Assembly: GCF_026571515.1 (NCBI RefSeq)
Contig: NW_026851541.1
Span: 1 to 64,000, forward strand
Direction: 5' to 3'
Source of the DNA: Ruditapes philippinarum
Taxonomy: Eukaryota
DNA length: 64,000 nt
Shown here: piece by piece, positions 11,576 through 24,640 of the stretch
Layout: each line of letters begins with the position of its first letter
Position numbering within the stretch: the first letter of the stretch is position 1
Position numbers and translations under genes: made by a program
Notes under the pieces: generated by a model
The model's input: the letters and a program-made list of their open reading frames with translations, nothing else
The model's database searches: none
Told to the model about the DNA's origin: nothing

Positions 11576-13347
11576 TTTTGTTATCCGATGGAATCGGGAG
11601 GGGGATATTGATTTGGCGTTGTCCTTCCGTCTGTCCATCGGTCCGTCTGAATTTCGTTTTCGGGCTAGTTCTCTGTAACTACTGACTGGAATTCCATTTA
11701 TGGGTACTATCAATATCAAGAGGAGATGTGCGTATCTTCGCCTTGCTCCGGTCAGACCCTTTAACTCAGAGTTATGGCCCTTGATTAGTAATGCAGTATG
11801 CATATAGAACAATAATCGTTTCTGTGCTATTTCTCTGCAACCACTGGCTGGAATGAAATGAAACATTATGGGAACCATCTATGCCAAGAGGAGATGTACA
11901 TATCAAAGCCTTGTTCCGGTCAGACCCTTTAACTCAGAGTTATGGCCTTTGATTAGTTATGTAGTACTATGCATATAAAGCAATAATCGTTTCCATGCTA
12001 CTTCTCTGCAACTACTGGATTGAATTCAATGAAACTTTATTGGAACCTTCAATAGCAAGAGGAGATGCGCATATCGTTGCCTTGTTCCGGTCAGACACTT
12101 AAACTCAGAGTTGTGGCCCTTGATTAGTTATGCAGTATGCATATAGAGCAATAATCATTTCCACACTATTTCTCTGCAACTTCTGGCTGGAATTCAATGA
12201 AACTTTATGGAAACCTTCAATACCAAGAGGAGATGCGCATATTGTTGTTAGTTTCCGTCAGACCCTTTAATTTAGAGTTTTGGCGATTGATGAGTTATGC
12301 AGAATGCATATAGAGCAATAATCGTTTCCGTTCTATTTCTATGCAACTACTGACTGGAATTCAATGAAACTTTATGGGAACCATCAATACCAAGAGCAGA
12401 TGTGCATATCATTGCCTTGTTCTGGTCAGACTCTTCAAGACAGAGTTATGGCCCTTGATTAGTTATGCAGTATGCATGTAGAGTATAATCGTTTCCGTGC
12501 TTTTATCTCTGCAACTACTGGCTAGAATTCAATGAAATGGGAACGAGGAGATATTGTCGCCTTGTTCCAATCAGACATTTGAAGATAAAGTTTTGGCCCT
12601 TGATTAGTTATGCAGTATGCATATAGAGCAAAATTGTTTCCTCGCTATTTCTCTGTAACTACTGGCTGGAATTCAATCAAACTTTATGGGAACCATTAAT
12701 ACCCTCAGCTTTTTCTCACAGGTTGGGGAAGCAGCCCTGCCCTTAATTTTGGGGGAAAAATACACGGTATATCTGCAAAAGGGGAAGAAAAAACTTGATG
12801 TAAATTAAATTTTTGGGGAAAACTGCATGATTTTAAAGAATTTTTCTTTCGGGAAGCAGCCCTATAATGGCCTCTGTAAGGAAAAAAAACCCTGATACCA
12901 AGAGGAGCTGTGCATACTGTTGTCTTGTTCTGGTCAGACCCATCAACACAGAGTTATGGCCCATATGATTAGTTATGCAGTATGCACATAGAGCAATAAT
13001 CATTTCTGCGCTATTTTTCTGCAACTACAGGCTGGAATTCAATGAAACTTTACAGGAACCATCAATACCAAAGGGAGATGCACATATCATTGCCTTGTTC
13101 TGGTCAGACCCTTCAAGACAGAGTTATGGCCCTTGAATAGTTATGCAGCATGCATGTAAAGCAATATTGCTATTTCTTTTCAACTGCTGGATAGATTTCA
13201 ACAAGACTTTATGGAAACTATCAATACCAAAAAGAAATTTGCATGCCATGATAAATTTATGTTAATAAAGCCTTATACCTCCAGTTCTTGTGTTGGTAAT
13301 AACCAGTACTCAGCGGGGGGATATAAATTCAACAAATTTGCTTGTTG
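11576..13347 (+). mobile_element. Non-autonomous Helentron-associated element (HINE/pearl-like) with internal ~168-bp satellite array
   Basis: 5' TTTTGTTATCC...GGGGGATAT, then a GTCC/GTCT microsatellite (11621-11649), then ~9 monomers (GTCAGAC-type anchors at 11751, 11919, 12090, 12257, 12425, 12570, 12933, 13103). Ends with 3' subterminal CGGGGGGATAT and hairpin CAACAAATTTGCTTGTTG. Confidence 0.88.
12706..12894. mobile_element. ~190-bp MITE (CAG...CTG termini) nested in a HINE satellite monomer
   Basis: Interrupts the monomer at ...AATACC|AAGAGG. Termini CAGCTTTTTC / GAAAAAAAACCCTG; ATACC on both sides; internal direct repeat GGGAAGCAGCCCT. Confidence 0.7.
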
Positions 13348-13669
13348 TCCATAACTAATGTATTATTTTTAAATTTTACCATTTATAGCTACACATGATC
13401 ACCATAAGACTATGAGTTGTATGTGAGACCCATGTCATTATGTTAAAGGTCAAGGACACAGCTAGGGATTGAGGTAAGTTTGATTCTTAATTTTCTCAAG
13501 TGCAGTTGTTTTTTTTGTGTTTTTTTTGACATGCCATAACATTACAAGCATGATACTGTATTCAGTATTCAGTACTCCCTATGTTGATAATTTGTTATAT
13601 TCAATAGTTCATGATACCATTGCCTGTAAACATTATAAAACACTATTTAAAAGAGCCAACAGCCCATGT

Positions 13670-14100
13670 TACGGGGTAACTGTGTCATATTAGGGCACCT
13701 GTTTAGTTTTAATTTTTTTTTCTATTTCGGCAATCATATTTCTCTTGCAGGCATTATAAAGTATACATGTAAATAATCTATGCTAATTTATTAATAACCA
13801 TTAATTGTTTAAGGACAGGAAATATACTGCCATGTGACTTTTTTTTGTTCACACCCATCTTCGGAATTTTCAGAATGTTTGTGTGGTAAGGCAACAATCA
13901 ACACGTTTTTTCCTCTACTGTTAATCGAACTTATTTCCCTGAGTTGTTTGGAGGAAGGTTTTCCCATTTGAATGTTCGTGTTTATTGGATAGTAGTTGAT
14001 AGGTAAAACTATTGATATATCATTCTGTATGTGTGGCCGTTTGGAAATTTGACAAACCACAGAAAAATTATCAAAACTTTTATGAATGTGCCAGTATTAG
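13670..14100. mobile_element. Possible degenerate non-autonomous DNA transposon
   Basis: TACGGGGTAACTGTGTCATATTAGGGCAC start, CpG-richer interior, and a weak inverted match GTGCCAGTATTAG at the end. Confidence 0.25.
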
Positions 14101-14892
14101 TAGACTGTTGTTTAAATCAATAAGTTTTCTTCATTAGCACCATGAAATTGAAGGGAGGTAACCACTCTTATATTGAAGGGAGGTTATTACTATAATACTA
14201 AAGGAAGGTAAGCAGTATGTCATTAAAGTTAGGTAACCAGGTTGATCTTCAAGGGAGGTAACCACTATTGTTTTGAAGAGAGGTAACCACTTAGATATTT
14301 AGGGGTAGCCACTTTGATACTGAAAAGGGGGTAACCACTATGATACTGAAGGGAGTTAGTCATTTTGATATTAAATGAGGTAACCACTATTATGATGACA
14401 GGAGGTACATGAAACCACTATGATAGTTAAGGGAGGTAATCATGATAATGTAGGAAGGTAACCACTGTGTTGTTATACATAAGGGATGTAGTCACTGTGA
14501 TATTGAAAGGAGGTAGTCACTTTGATAATGAAGGCTTAGGTAGTCACTCACTATGACGATGAAGAAAGGTAACCACTGTGTTAAGTTTATGTTATTGTTA
14601 TACATAAGGGATGTAGTCACTGTGATATTGAAAGGAGGTAGTCACTTTGATAATGAAGGCTTAGGTAGTCACTATGACAATGAAGAAAGGTAACCACTGT
14701 GTTAAGTTTATGTTATTGTTATACATAAGGGATGTAGTCACTGTGATATTGAAAGGAGGTAGTCACTTTGATAATGAAGGCTTAGGTAGTCACTATGAAA
14801 ATGAAGTAAGGTAACCACTGTGTTAAGGTTATGTTATTGTTATACATATAAGGGGTGTAGTCACTAAGATATTGAAAGGAGGTAGTCACTTT

Positions 14893-15763
14893 AGTTTAAA
14901 CAATATTTTATTAATAATCCACACATTTACATAATAAATTACATAAAATAAAATTTACGGATTGAGTAGGAAGCTTGTAAAGCTTTTTTGAAAACTCTCT
15001 CCGTAATCAGTATTTAACAAATTTCAAATAAATGGTAACAAAATATAAATATCTAAACTAAACTATACATATCATATCGACTTGTTCTTGATTTCTTACT
15101 ATACATACTATGTTTATGTCAAGTATTCATGAACTAAATTTAAGATACATTACTGTTAGATTAGAGGTATAAGCACGAGTATGAATTCATTTTTAAAGGG
15201 ATATATTGCTTAGTTTAGTGATTGGTTAATTAAACTAATATGTTGAGAAATTTAATTATTAAAACATGTACATTGGAGGAGAAGTAATAATAGAAGAGAA
15301 AAAGAGGTAAGGAACAAGAGAAAGAAAGAAAGTCACTTTACTACTATGGAGTTGGAGGACCTTTTTCTTTTCAAACGAATATTATTATGTATCAAATCTT
15401 TTTGTTTTTTGTATGTATTTATGTATATGTGATATAATTGTTTCGTTTTGAGCACCGGTAAGTGAATTATCGCCGTATAGTAAAGTATTCAATGTTACAG
15501 TTGTGATTTGACTTAAATTGTTTATAAGGACAGTGCGGTCATCTTGATACATGGGGCAGCGGAGGAAATAGTGTTCTGTATTTTCTATTTCACCACATAT
15601 ACAAAAAGGGCTGTCTATTATGTTTTTAGAAAACAGATGTTCTTTCAGAGAGCTGCAATGTGTTCTTAGTCGTGTATGTATTATTTGATATCTTCTTTCA
15701 CCTATATAGTAGTGAGCTGGAACTTTTTGGACATCTTCATTTAGTCTTTTTTTGAAAATTGCA
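14893..15763 (-). mobile_element. 5'-truncated CR1-clade LINE with 13-bp TSD
   Basis: TSD AGGTAGTCACTTT at 14880-14892 and 15764-15776. Contains the ORF2 C-terminus, a ~490-nt 3' UTR with AAGCTT..AAGCTT hairpin, AATAAA and an ...GTTTAAACT end. Confidence 0.93.
15385..15763 (-). pseudogene. LINE ORF2 C-terminal fragment (downstream of reverse transcriptase) with CCHC zinc knuckle
   Basis: HTRLRTHCSSLKEHLFSKNIIDSPFCICGEIENTEHYFLRCPMY...LLYG...YIQKTKRF: CxC-x7-H-x4-C motif typical of CR1-like ORF2. Open to its stop codon. The first ~20 aa of the listed ORF come from the flanking minisatellite. Confidence 0.9.
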
Positions 15764-16939
15764 AGGTAGTCACTTTGATAATGAAGGCTTAGGTAGTCAC
15801 TATGACAATGAAGAAAGGTAACCACTGTGTTAAGTTTATGTTATTGTTATACTTCAGGAAGATAGCCACTATGATTTTGTAAGGAGGTTAGCACTATATT
15901 TATGAAGGAAGATTGTTGCTATGATATAGAGGGATATAACCAGTATATATTGCTCAAGGGAGTCTAGTCTCTGTGATACTGAAGGGAGATAACCACTATT
16001 ATATTGAAGGATGGTAATTAGGTAGCTAAATTGTTATTGCATTTAATAAATTTATAAGTTTAATTTACAAATGTTAAACAAGAGTAAAATGTCTGTATGA
16101 CCTTGAAGTATTTTATATGACTTTCTAAGGGTAGATGTGACTTACTTTATTTCCAGATTTTTTTTACAAACCAAACCATAAAAAATTAATAGAATACAAA
16201 AACAACAAAAAGTAAAACAAGATAAAAGTCAATAATTCTTTCCTCAATGGCAGGAGACTTTATGTATTTTAAGATTCCATTGTAAAATCGCCTTGCTTAC
16301 TTTCTTGAAGAACGTCATAGTTCAAGCATAGGATGGTTCTATTACAAAGATGGGTTAGTCTCCAGCCTTCTTTTTCCAGCTTTGTTTCCAAGAATAATAT
16401 ACTTGTTGAAGAATTAGAATTTCATCAAGAATTTGATGTTTTTAAAATGATTTACTGAAATTATTGATTTTTTTTTCACAGTCTACAACACTTTTATGGA
16501 AGCTTGAATATTTTCTGTTATATAGATACCTGTCTGAAGTTTTACTGAAGTGAGGAACGGAAAAAAAAAAAAAAAAATCTACCTTAATCATTATCTAAAA
16601 TCATTTTTTAAATAAACATAGTAAGTGATAAAGGAACAACAGCCAGACAGACTATGTAATGTTTTGTTCAGCCCTTAGATGTTGTACAGGCGAGGTAAGA
16701 ATAATGGAACAAATTGTTTTAGCATTTTGTGTGACCATCCGACTGAACAGAAGTTGTATAACAAGCTGATGAAAGCATATGATACTGTCATTAACTGACA
16801 TGGTACAAGACTAAAACAGATTATATAGGGAGAAAAACACCAGCATAACTGATATGTTTATGTGTAAAAACAACCAGCGACATCTGAACTTTTAATATTT
16901 ATTACTATCTTTTATCAAGCTTATCATCCTTGATAACAT

Positions 16940-17690
16940 AGCACAGTGTTCTTTATGTCTTATCATCGTGAAATATCATAGAAAAATGTTCCGCCACAAA
17001 GGCATAGCTTTCCAGCTCGGCAGAGTTATTTCCCCTGATATTTTGGCGCGTCAAGATATCCACATAATGACTTAAGCAGAAGTTATTTGACAGCATAACT
17101 TATTTATCTTTCTCCCCAGCCATCATTATTTTTCGTTCAAAATTTTTTCATACGGCACAAAAAACAACTTGAGCCTTTTGCGTAGGAAAAATGTCATACA
17201 TCTTTGTCTATAATTTCATAATTTTTCATCAAAGCTTTCATCAAACTTGCAAGTTGGGAATCCTTTGTCCAGATGGAAACTATTTATCACTTTGTCGAAA
17301 CGTTTTTTGATAATTTTTCACTTGCTGGTAGTTTTGCTTTCGATGCTGAAATAGTTTTAGAGGTATACCCCATCAGCCCCATGCGTGGCCGATCTGTCAT
17401 TCATTTATTGCTGAATATTGAATCGGCAGGGTCTCTTCCTATAAGAAAAGGATGAAAATCTTAGCCATTTTAAACTAATTTAAATCGTTCACACGTCAGT
17501 CTTCCCTATTGTGAGACTACGAGTATGGAGACTTGTTCACTATAGAGCACAGCATACAGTTTTTCATTTTATACAGGACTGTAATGTGATTGATGGAGTG
17601 ATATTTTATGAGGGTAAAAATTTAATTTCACAAATGATACTTTAACGAGTGTATGTGTCATATCATATGAAATATCATATCACATCTATA
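16940..17690. mobile_element. Possible non-autonomous DNA element with terminal hairpin (Crypton-like layout, tentative)
   Basis: CpG-richer interior; TGAAATATCA near 16969; imperfect hairpin GTGATATTTTATGA...ATGAAATATCA at ~17598-17680. Confidence 0.3.
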
Positions 17691-19399
17691 TTCAGTGGAG
17701 CCTGATTCACACAGTCAGACTGTTTACCCTTCTTGCTAGGCTCGTTATCAAGTTGATTAGAAACGCAGGATACATTCGGGAACTGGCAGTATAGTTGATA
17801 TTTGTATGTCTTTCAAAGAGTCCGCAAATTGTTTTCTTCAAACAAAATATAATGATGCATTGTGGTACTGACAACTTTTCATATTTTTAGGAACTGGGAG
17901 AAGAGTTTTTGTAAATTTTCTGCAATTTGGAAAGATTCTTGACTGAGTCATTATTCAAGATAATGGAAAATGTCTCGGGTTCATGTCAGTTTTAAAGAAA
18001 AGCAGCAAATACTAGAGAACATTGTAATAGTTTTAAGTGAAAGCATGTATGAATTTCTGTCCTAAAAAATTTTAAATGCTTTCATACTAGTAAATACTGA
18101 ATTTGAGTCATTGACAATGTACAAATGTAATTACTGTTGGTTAAATGAAGAAAAATTAAGTCTTCTATAAAATTAATGAAGTATATCTTCATTGACAAAC
18201 TATTTTTTTTTCATAGTTTAAAATATATAAAGCTACACACATATATTTGCTGTCTGTAGTGTACAAAATGCAATTTTGAAAAAGAATTTTTTCAAAATGA
18301 AGTACGTCTTGCTAAATGGTTAAAACCGAACTAAAAATAGCATATATGTTCTGTTATGGAATATTATATTCTGTTCCTGTACAATATTCATGTGAGACAT
18401 TCTATGTGCAAACTCTTTCAAGAATCAACGTAAGGTTATGTAAAAAACATATGTTACAATTAATAAATTGTACTTTTTAAACAGCATTAAATTATCATTG
18501 GACTCGAAACAGGAAGCTGAGCATATGATAAGATTAATGATTAAAACAAGGTTAATGAAATTTTGATTTTTTTGTCCTTTTTAGAATAAAAAAATCAAAA
18601 AAATGTACATCCCATCTTAGTCAACAAGTGATTTATTTAATATTTCACATTTTACAAAATATTCCACATCCATTCACAAGCTAGAAGTTATTTTAGATTT
18701 TTAAATAATGCCAGATTTATTCAAATTTTTAGGTGGAGAAGATTATTTTTACAATATGACAGGAAAAGCTGTTAAAATGGAATAAGCTGAACTATAGGAA
18801 GACCTTTACCTCTGTCATTGTAATTTATCAACACAGCCGCAAGACCATAAATTTCAAAATGGTATGTTTGTTGACATTTATTATGATTACAGGGAGATTT
18901 ATGTTTTATACTAAATGGAAAAACAGCTTACACTAGGCATTAATGCCCATTAATGTTTGTTCAATTGTCTTTTTAAAATGCAAAGAAGGTTAAATGAGAA
19001 ATTTTCATGTGTAGAATCATAATATTTTGTCACACTTTAAAATACTTTAAAAAAAGTCTTGATATTTTTTCATTATGAAAGTCATAAAGAAGGATTAGAA
19101 TAGTTATGACTTTTATTCTTATTATTAAAAGATGTGAATACGTAATTGTGTATAATAAACTCGTCTATGCTATCTTAAATGGACATGACCATCTTTCAAT
19201 ATCAACAAAATCATTTTTATCAAAAAAATTCAAAATGTGTACTAAAAGAACAATGACCAGAGCAGACCATGATCAGATGACACCACTAGTTTATGTTGCC
19301 ACAAGCACAGAAGAAATTGCAACCATTTTTTATTCTCCAATGTTTTACCATGATTTTGTTGTTTTAATAAAAAACATTTTATCAATTAGTATGTATTCT

Positions 19400-21510
19400 A
19401 AGCTGTATTGGGGCTTGAAACAAACAATTGTAATGTTGTTCTAGGGTTTCAAACATATAATTGTAATGTGTACTAGGGCTTCAAATGAATAATGGTAATG
19501 TGTACTGTGCTGTACTGGGCCTTCTATCAAATAAAGGAAATGTGTACTTTGCTGTACTGCGCCTTCTAACAAATAATAGTAATGTGTACTTTGCTGTATT
19601 GGGCCTTGTTACAAATAATGGTAATGTGTATTGCACTGTACTCGGTCTTCTAACAAATTATGGTAATGTGTACTGGGTATTGTAACAATTAATGGTAATA
19701 TGTACTGTGCTGTAGCATACCTTCTTACAAACAATGGTAATGTGTACTGTGCTGATATGGGCCTTTTAACAAATAATGGTAATGTGTTCTGTGCTGTACT
19801 GGGCCTTCTAACAAATAATGGTAATATGTTCTGAGCTGTACTGAGCCTTCTTACAAATTATGGTAATGTGTACTGGACCTTCTAACAAATAATGGTAATG
19901 CGTTTTGTGCTGTACTGGGCCTTCTAACAAATAATGGTAATGTATTCTGACTCTTTTAACAAATAATGGTAATGTGTATTGTGCTGATCTGGGCCTTCTA
20001 ACACATAATGGTAATGTGAACTGGCCATTGTAACAAATAATGGTAATGTGTTCTGTGCTGTACTGGGCCTTCTAACAAATAATGGTTATATGTTCTGTGT
20101 TGTACTGAGCCTTCTAACAAATTATGGTAATGTGTACTGGGCCTTCTAACAAATAACGGTAATGTGTTTTGGCTCTTTTAACAAATAATGATAATGTGTA
20201 ATGTGCTGTACTGGGCCTGCTATCAATTAATGGTAATCTGTACTTGGCCTTCTAACAAATAATGTTAATATGTACTCTGCTGTACTGGGCCTGCTATCAA
20301 TTAATGGAAATGTGTACTGAGCCTTCTAACAAATAATGTTAATATGAACTGTACTGGGTTTTCAAACAAATGATGGTTATGTGTATTGGGCCTTCTAACA
20401 AATAATGGTAATGTGTACTGGGCCTTCTAACAAATAATGGTAATGACTTTGTGTATTGGGCCTTCTAACAAATAATGGTAATGTGTATTGTGCTGCACTG
20501 GGCCTTCTTACAAATAATGGTAATGTGTATTGGGCCTTCTAACAAATAACGGTAATGTGTACTGGGCCTTCTAACAAATGATGGCAATGTTTACTGTGCT
20601 GTACTGGGTATTGTAACAAATAATGGTAATGTGTTCTGTGCTGTACTGAGGCTTCAAACAAATGATGATAAAGTGTACTATGATTTACTGGGGTTTCAAA
20701 CAAATGATGATAAAGTGTACTATGCTGTACTGGGGTTTCAAACAATGATGGTAAAGTGTACTATGCTGTACTGAGGCTTCAAACAATGATGATAAAGTGT
20801 ACTATGCTGTACTGAGGCTTCAAACAATGATGATAAAGTGTACTATGCTGTACTGGGGTTTCAAACAATGATGGTAAAGTGTACTATGCTGTACTGAGGC
20901 TTCAAACAAATGATGATAAAGTGTACTATGCTGTACTGGGGTTTCAAACAATGATGGTAAAGTGTACTATGCTGTACTGGGGTTTCAAACAAATGATGAT
21001 AAAGTGTACTATGCTGTACTGAGGCTTCAAACAAATGATGATAAAGTGTACTATGCTGTACTGGGGTTTCAAACAATGATGGTAAAGTGTAACTATGCTG
21101 TACTGGGGTTTCAAACAATGATGATAAAGTGTACTATGCTGTACTGGGGTTTCAAACAAATGATGATAAAGTGTACTATGCTGTACTGGGGTTTCAAACA
21201 AATGATGATAAAGTGTACTATGCTGTACTGGGGTTTCAAACAAATGATGATAAAGTGTACTATGCTGTACTGAGGCTTCAAACAAATGATGATAAAGTGT
21301 ACTATGCTGTACTGGGGTTTCAAACAAATGATGATAAAGTGTACTATGCTGTACTGGGGTTTCAAACAAATGATGGTTATGTGTCGTGTGCTGTGTACAA
21401 GGCTTTCTAACAAATGATAGTAAGTGTACTTTGCTGTTCTTGGGCTGCAAACAAATGATAGTAATGTGTACTCTGCTGTACAGAGTCTTCTAACAAGTAA
21501 TGGTATGTGC
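19400..21510. repeat. 41-42-bp minisatellite with two sub-arrays
   Basis: 19480-20600: heterogeneous TGTACTGTGCTGTACTGGGCCTTCTAACAAATAATGGTAATG, some ~31-bp variants. 20640-21370: homogeneous TGTACTATGCTGTACTGGGGTTTCAAACAAATGATGATAAAG. Source of the 14-aa repeat ORFs. Confidence 0.95.
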
Positions 21511-22575
21511 ATTCCATAAATTTTGTTACTTCAGAGCATAATATTTGTAAGTTATGTTGCCTTCAGTGACACATCTTGTTGAAATAATGTTGGTTCTTAC
21601 TTGGACATATTTTTTAAAAGCATAATATATGATAAACACTTTATGTATTGTCCCCAGTTCTAGCATTAAAAAATGATATCTGGTACTCTGAAGGAAGTTT
21701 TTGAATCTTGTTTAAGAGTCAAAAAGTTTATCATTTAGCAATGATACCCTGAAAAGATTCAAACAGCTATGGAATGTAAATGATTTAAAGTCTGTGAATT
21801 TTACCATTTGACTGCAGACACTGCAAACATTTATGAAACATCATTAAAATTTAACTGGAAAAATTGGAGGCTTTAATTGACTTTGTTTTACACAATCTCT
21901 ATATGGGCATCTACTGGCTGCCACTATAATTAAAGAATCTGAAACAATTTTGCTCACACACAAGAATAATGTGGATGGTCTATGATGTTTTTGGATAATC
22001 CTTTCTAAAGGTGGCTGAAATACAAGTACATGTAATAGCACTTGTTATTTATTAATCAGTTGTGTTAGTTAATAATTCATTTTTTTTGGTGTAATTGAGA
22101 AGACAATGATTTTATTCCAACAGGAAATAAAGGTATAAATGTAAACACATTAACTTTTCTGTAAAGAAGAGGATATTGTATATATGTGATATTTGACGGT
22201 TTTAATGCCGGATGCATGTAACCAACATATAATCTTATTTGCATAATTAACTTATTCTGGAGATTGATAACTTTAATAGACATAAATCTAGCCTATTCTT
22301 TAATGTGAGACTTCATTTCAATAATTTTCACATTAAAACTGCTTAATGGCTATTATTCAGTCATAATTGTTCGATTTAATGGTTCTTACAGCAGATTTCA
22401 ATATAAAACTAATTAGTTATGTCCAGGTTGTATCATTTTTTGTCTTCATATTGTTCAAAGGTAACAATACTGATTAATTCCTGTAGAGGTTAAATAAAAT
22501 AATAGTTACTCTGTCTTACCTGGGCTGAAATTCATTTTATTTTCACACAGAAACTTTTTCTATGGAGCACTTTAA

Positions 22576-22886
22576 AGGGACTCCACTGAGGTTTTTTTAA
22601 CTTTACTAGACTGGAAATAGTTTTTTGTTAAAAATATTCCATTTAATGTAGGTCTAGACCAATAACTCTTGTGCAAAATTTCAGATTGTTTGCTCACTCT
22701 GTGTGTGAAAATGACGCAAAATTGAAAAATATTGCAACACTTTTAACTCAAATCTGGTTTAGGATAGCACACAATTATAATTTTTCAATTTCTTAATTAT
22801 CTTTTGCATAATTCTTTTAGTTTTATGCTGTTACGTAAGAAATTAAAATTTTATAATTTTTGTTTTTGGACCTCAGTGGAGTTCCT
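22576..22886. mobile_element. Kolobok/T2-type MITE (311 bp), second family
   Basis: TTAA at 22572-22575 and 22887-22890. TIRs AGGGACTCCACTGAGGT / ACCTCAGTGGAGTTCCT (16/17 match). Confidence 0.9.
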
Positions 22887-22917
22887 TTAATGTTTGTCTT
22901 ACCTTCCATCCTTTTGT

Positions 22918-24640
22918 TCATATTGAGAGCTTTACAAACTAAAAAATATGGTGAGCTATACACAGTATATTGAGAACTGTGCAAAGTAAAATATACGGTT
23001 AGCTATACACAGTATATTGAGAGATTTACAAAGTAAAATATATGGTGAGCTATACACAGTATATTGAGAACTGTGCAAAGTAAAATATACAGTTAGCTAT
23101 ACACAGTATATTGTGAGAGTTACAAAGTAAAATATATGGTTAGCTATACACAGTAATGAGAACTGCCAAAGAAAAATATACGGTTAGCTATACACAGTAT
23201 ATTGAGAGATTTACAGAGTAAAATATATGGTGAGCTATACACAGTATATTGAGAACTGTGCAAAGTAAAATATATCAGGGGCGGATACAGAACATGGTTT
23301 CCTGGGGGGGCTGACATATGGGTTGAAGATTTTGATAAAACTAACGCAACAGGCGAAAAAATTGTGCACTTTTGTTGGAATATTGGGCCAGCATCTTGTT
23401 CATTAAAAAATTGCAATTTTGAAGTGTTTTATAGGTCATCTTATGAGTGGCAATGCACTTTGCTTATATATGTGTATATGATATAGTATGGAATTAAGAA
23501 AAAATATATGTAATTGGGGTGGGCCTGGGAGGGGTGTCCCCTCCCATAGACTGAGAAAATTTTGAAATATGAGGTTGAAAATGGTGTTATTTCCTTGACT
23601 TTCTAGTGCTGTTTATGGTACCTTTTGGATGATTTTACATCACACTGTATTTTGTATGCAAGGTCTTTCAAATAGAATTCCCCTGGTGTTTAGTAGTAAG
23701 CATTGTATGCGCGACCGTTGATAAAAATAATTTCAAACACTTGATCAATTTACTCATCTGAATAATAGACGATTTTCCAAAGTAAAGTGGTATTAAAATA
23801 TTGCCTTTCTATTGTGTAAAAACATAATTTCAAACACAACTGTAATATTCAATAAGAATCTTTTTCCATCAATGAATCCAGAGGTCAGTACAATTTAAAT
23901 TTTATTTTAAAAATATAACTGTCATAAAAGTTACTATAAAAGCAAATGACCAATCTTTTCATCTTGATAAAATTCTAAGTTTATTTCTTACTTATTAAAA
24001 TGCGATTCCTTTAATATTATCTTCATAAAACTCGCCATCTTTTTAATTTACAAATAATTATTTTCAATTTATTAATTATAAAGCTTTCCTTAAGAAAATG
24101 GAAAAATAGATTAAAAGTTTAATATGGTGAACTTTTTAACATATCTATTTGCCACTATCTGTGACTATTAATTTCATTAGACCTTTGGAAAGTAATAAAC
24201 CAATCAATTATGCAGTTAAAACATTGAAGTCAGTCAAGCATGTTGATAGATAAAGATCTCTGCCAAGCCCCCAGGCAGGAGATTAAGAGATTAACAACTG
24301 GATGACAGCAATAAATGTTTTGATAAGGGAGTACACTACAGCCAATAAAGTTTGAAACTGACAAAAAATATGTTCCAGCCCAGCTGGTTAACATATCTTA
24401 GGGTCAAGCTGGGGGGCTGCAGCCCTGAAGCCCGGGCCTGAATCCGCCACTGTATATGTTTAGCTATACATAGTTTATTGAGAGATTTACAAAGTAAAAT
24501 TTATGGTGAGCTATTCACAGTATATTAAGAGCTTTACAAAGTAAAATATATGGTGAGGTGTGCACAATAAACTGAGAGCTTTTCAAAGTAAAATATGATT
24601 ATGGTGAGCTTTACACAGTATATTGAGTACATTACAAAGT
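22918..24640. repeat. 47-bp minisatellite with alternating A/B variants, split by a 1.18-kb DNA element
   Basis: GCTATACACAGTATATTGAGA[ACTGTGC|GATTTAC]AAAGTAAAATATA.GGT.A; arrays at 22918-23275 and 24453-24640. Confidence 0.92.
23276..24452. mobile_element. Non-autonomous TIR DNA transposon (1177 bp), superfamily undetermined
   Basis: TIRs CAGGGGCGGATACAG / CTGAATCCGCCACTG (13/15). TATAT on both flanks; subterminal GGGGGGCTG motifs; internal palindrome TGGGAGGGGTGTCCCCTCCCA. No transposase ORF. Confidence 0.88.

Larger units (their letters stand above)
14145..16025. repeat. ~25-bp minisatellite (GAAGGGAGGTAACCACTATGATACT) with ~121-bp higher-order unit, split by a LINE
   Basis: AGGTAACCACTGTG anchors at 14456, 14567, 14688, 14809 and 15816. 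Removing the LINE plus one TSD restores ~123-bp spacing. Confidence 0.9.

Noticed and set aside
20539-21512. His-rich repeat protein ORFs (ETPVQHSTLYHHLF)n
   Set aside because: 42-bp minisatellite with frequent frameshifting 41-bp units; no splice or codon evidence.
21770-21790. TGGAATGTAAA (miR-1-like); also TCACAACCTGCA at 53544 (miR-67-like)
   Set aside because: Only the 5' 11-12 nt match, the 3' halves differ, and no precursor hairpin is evident.
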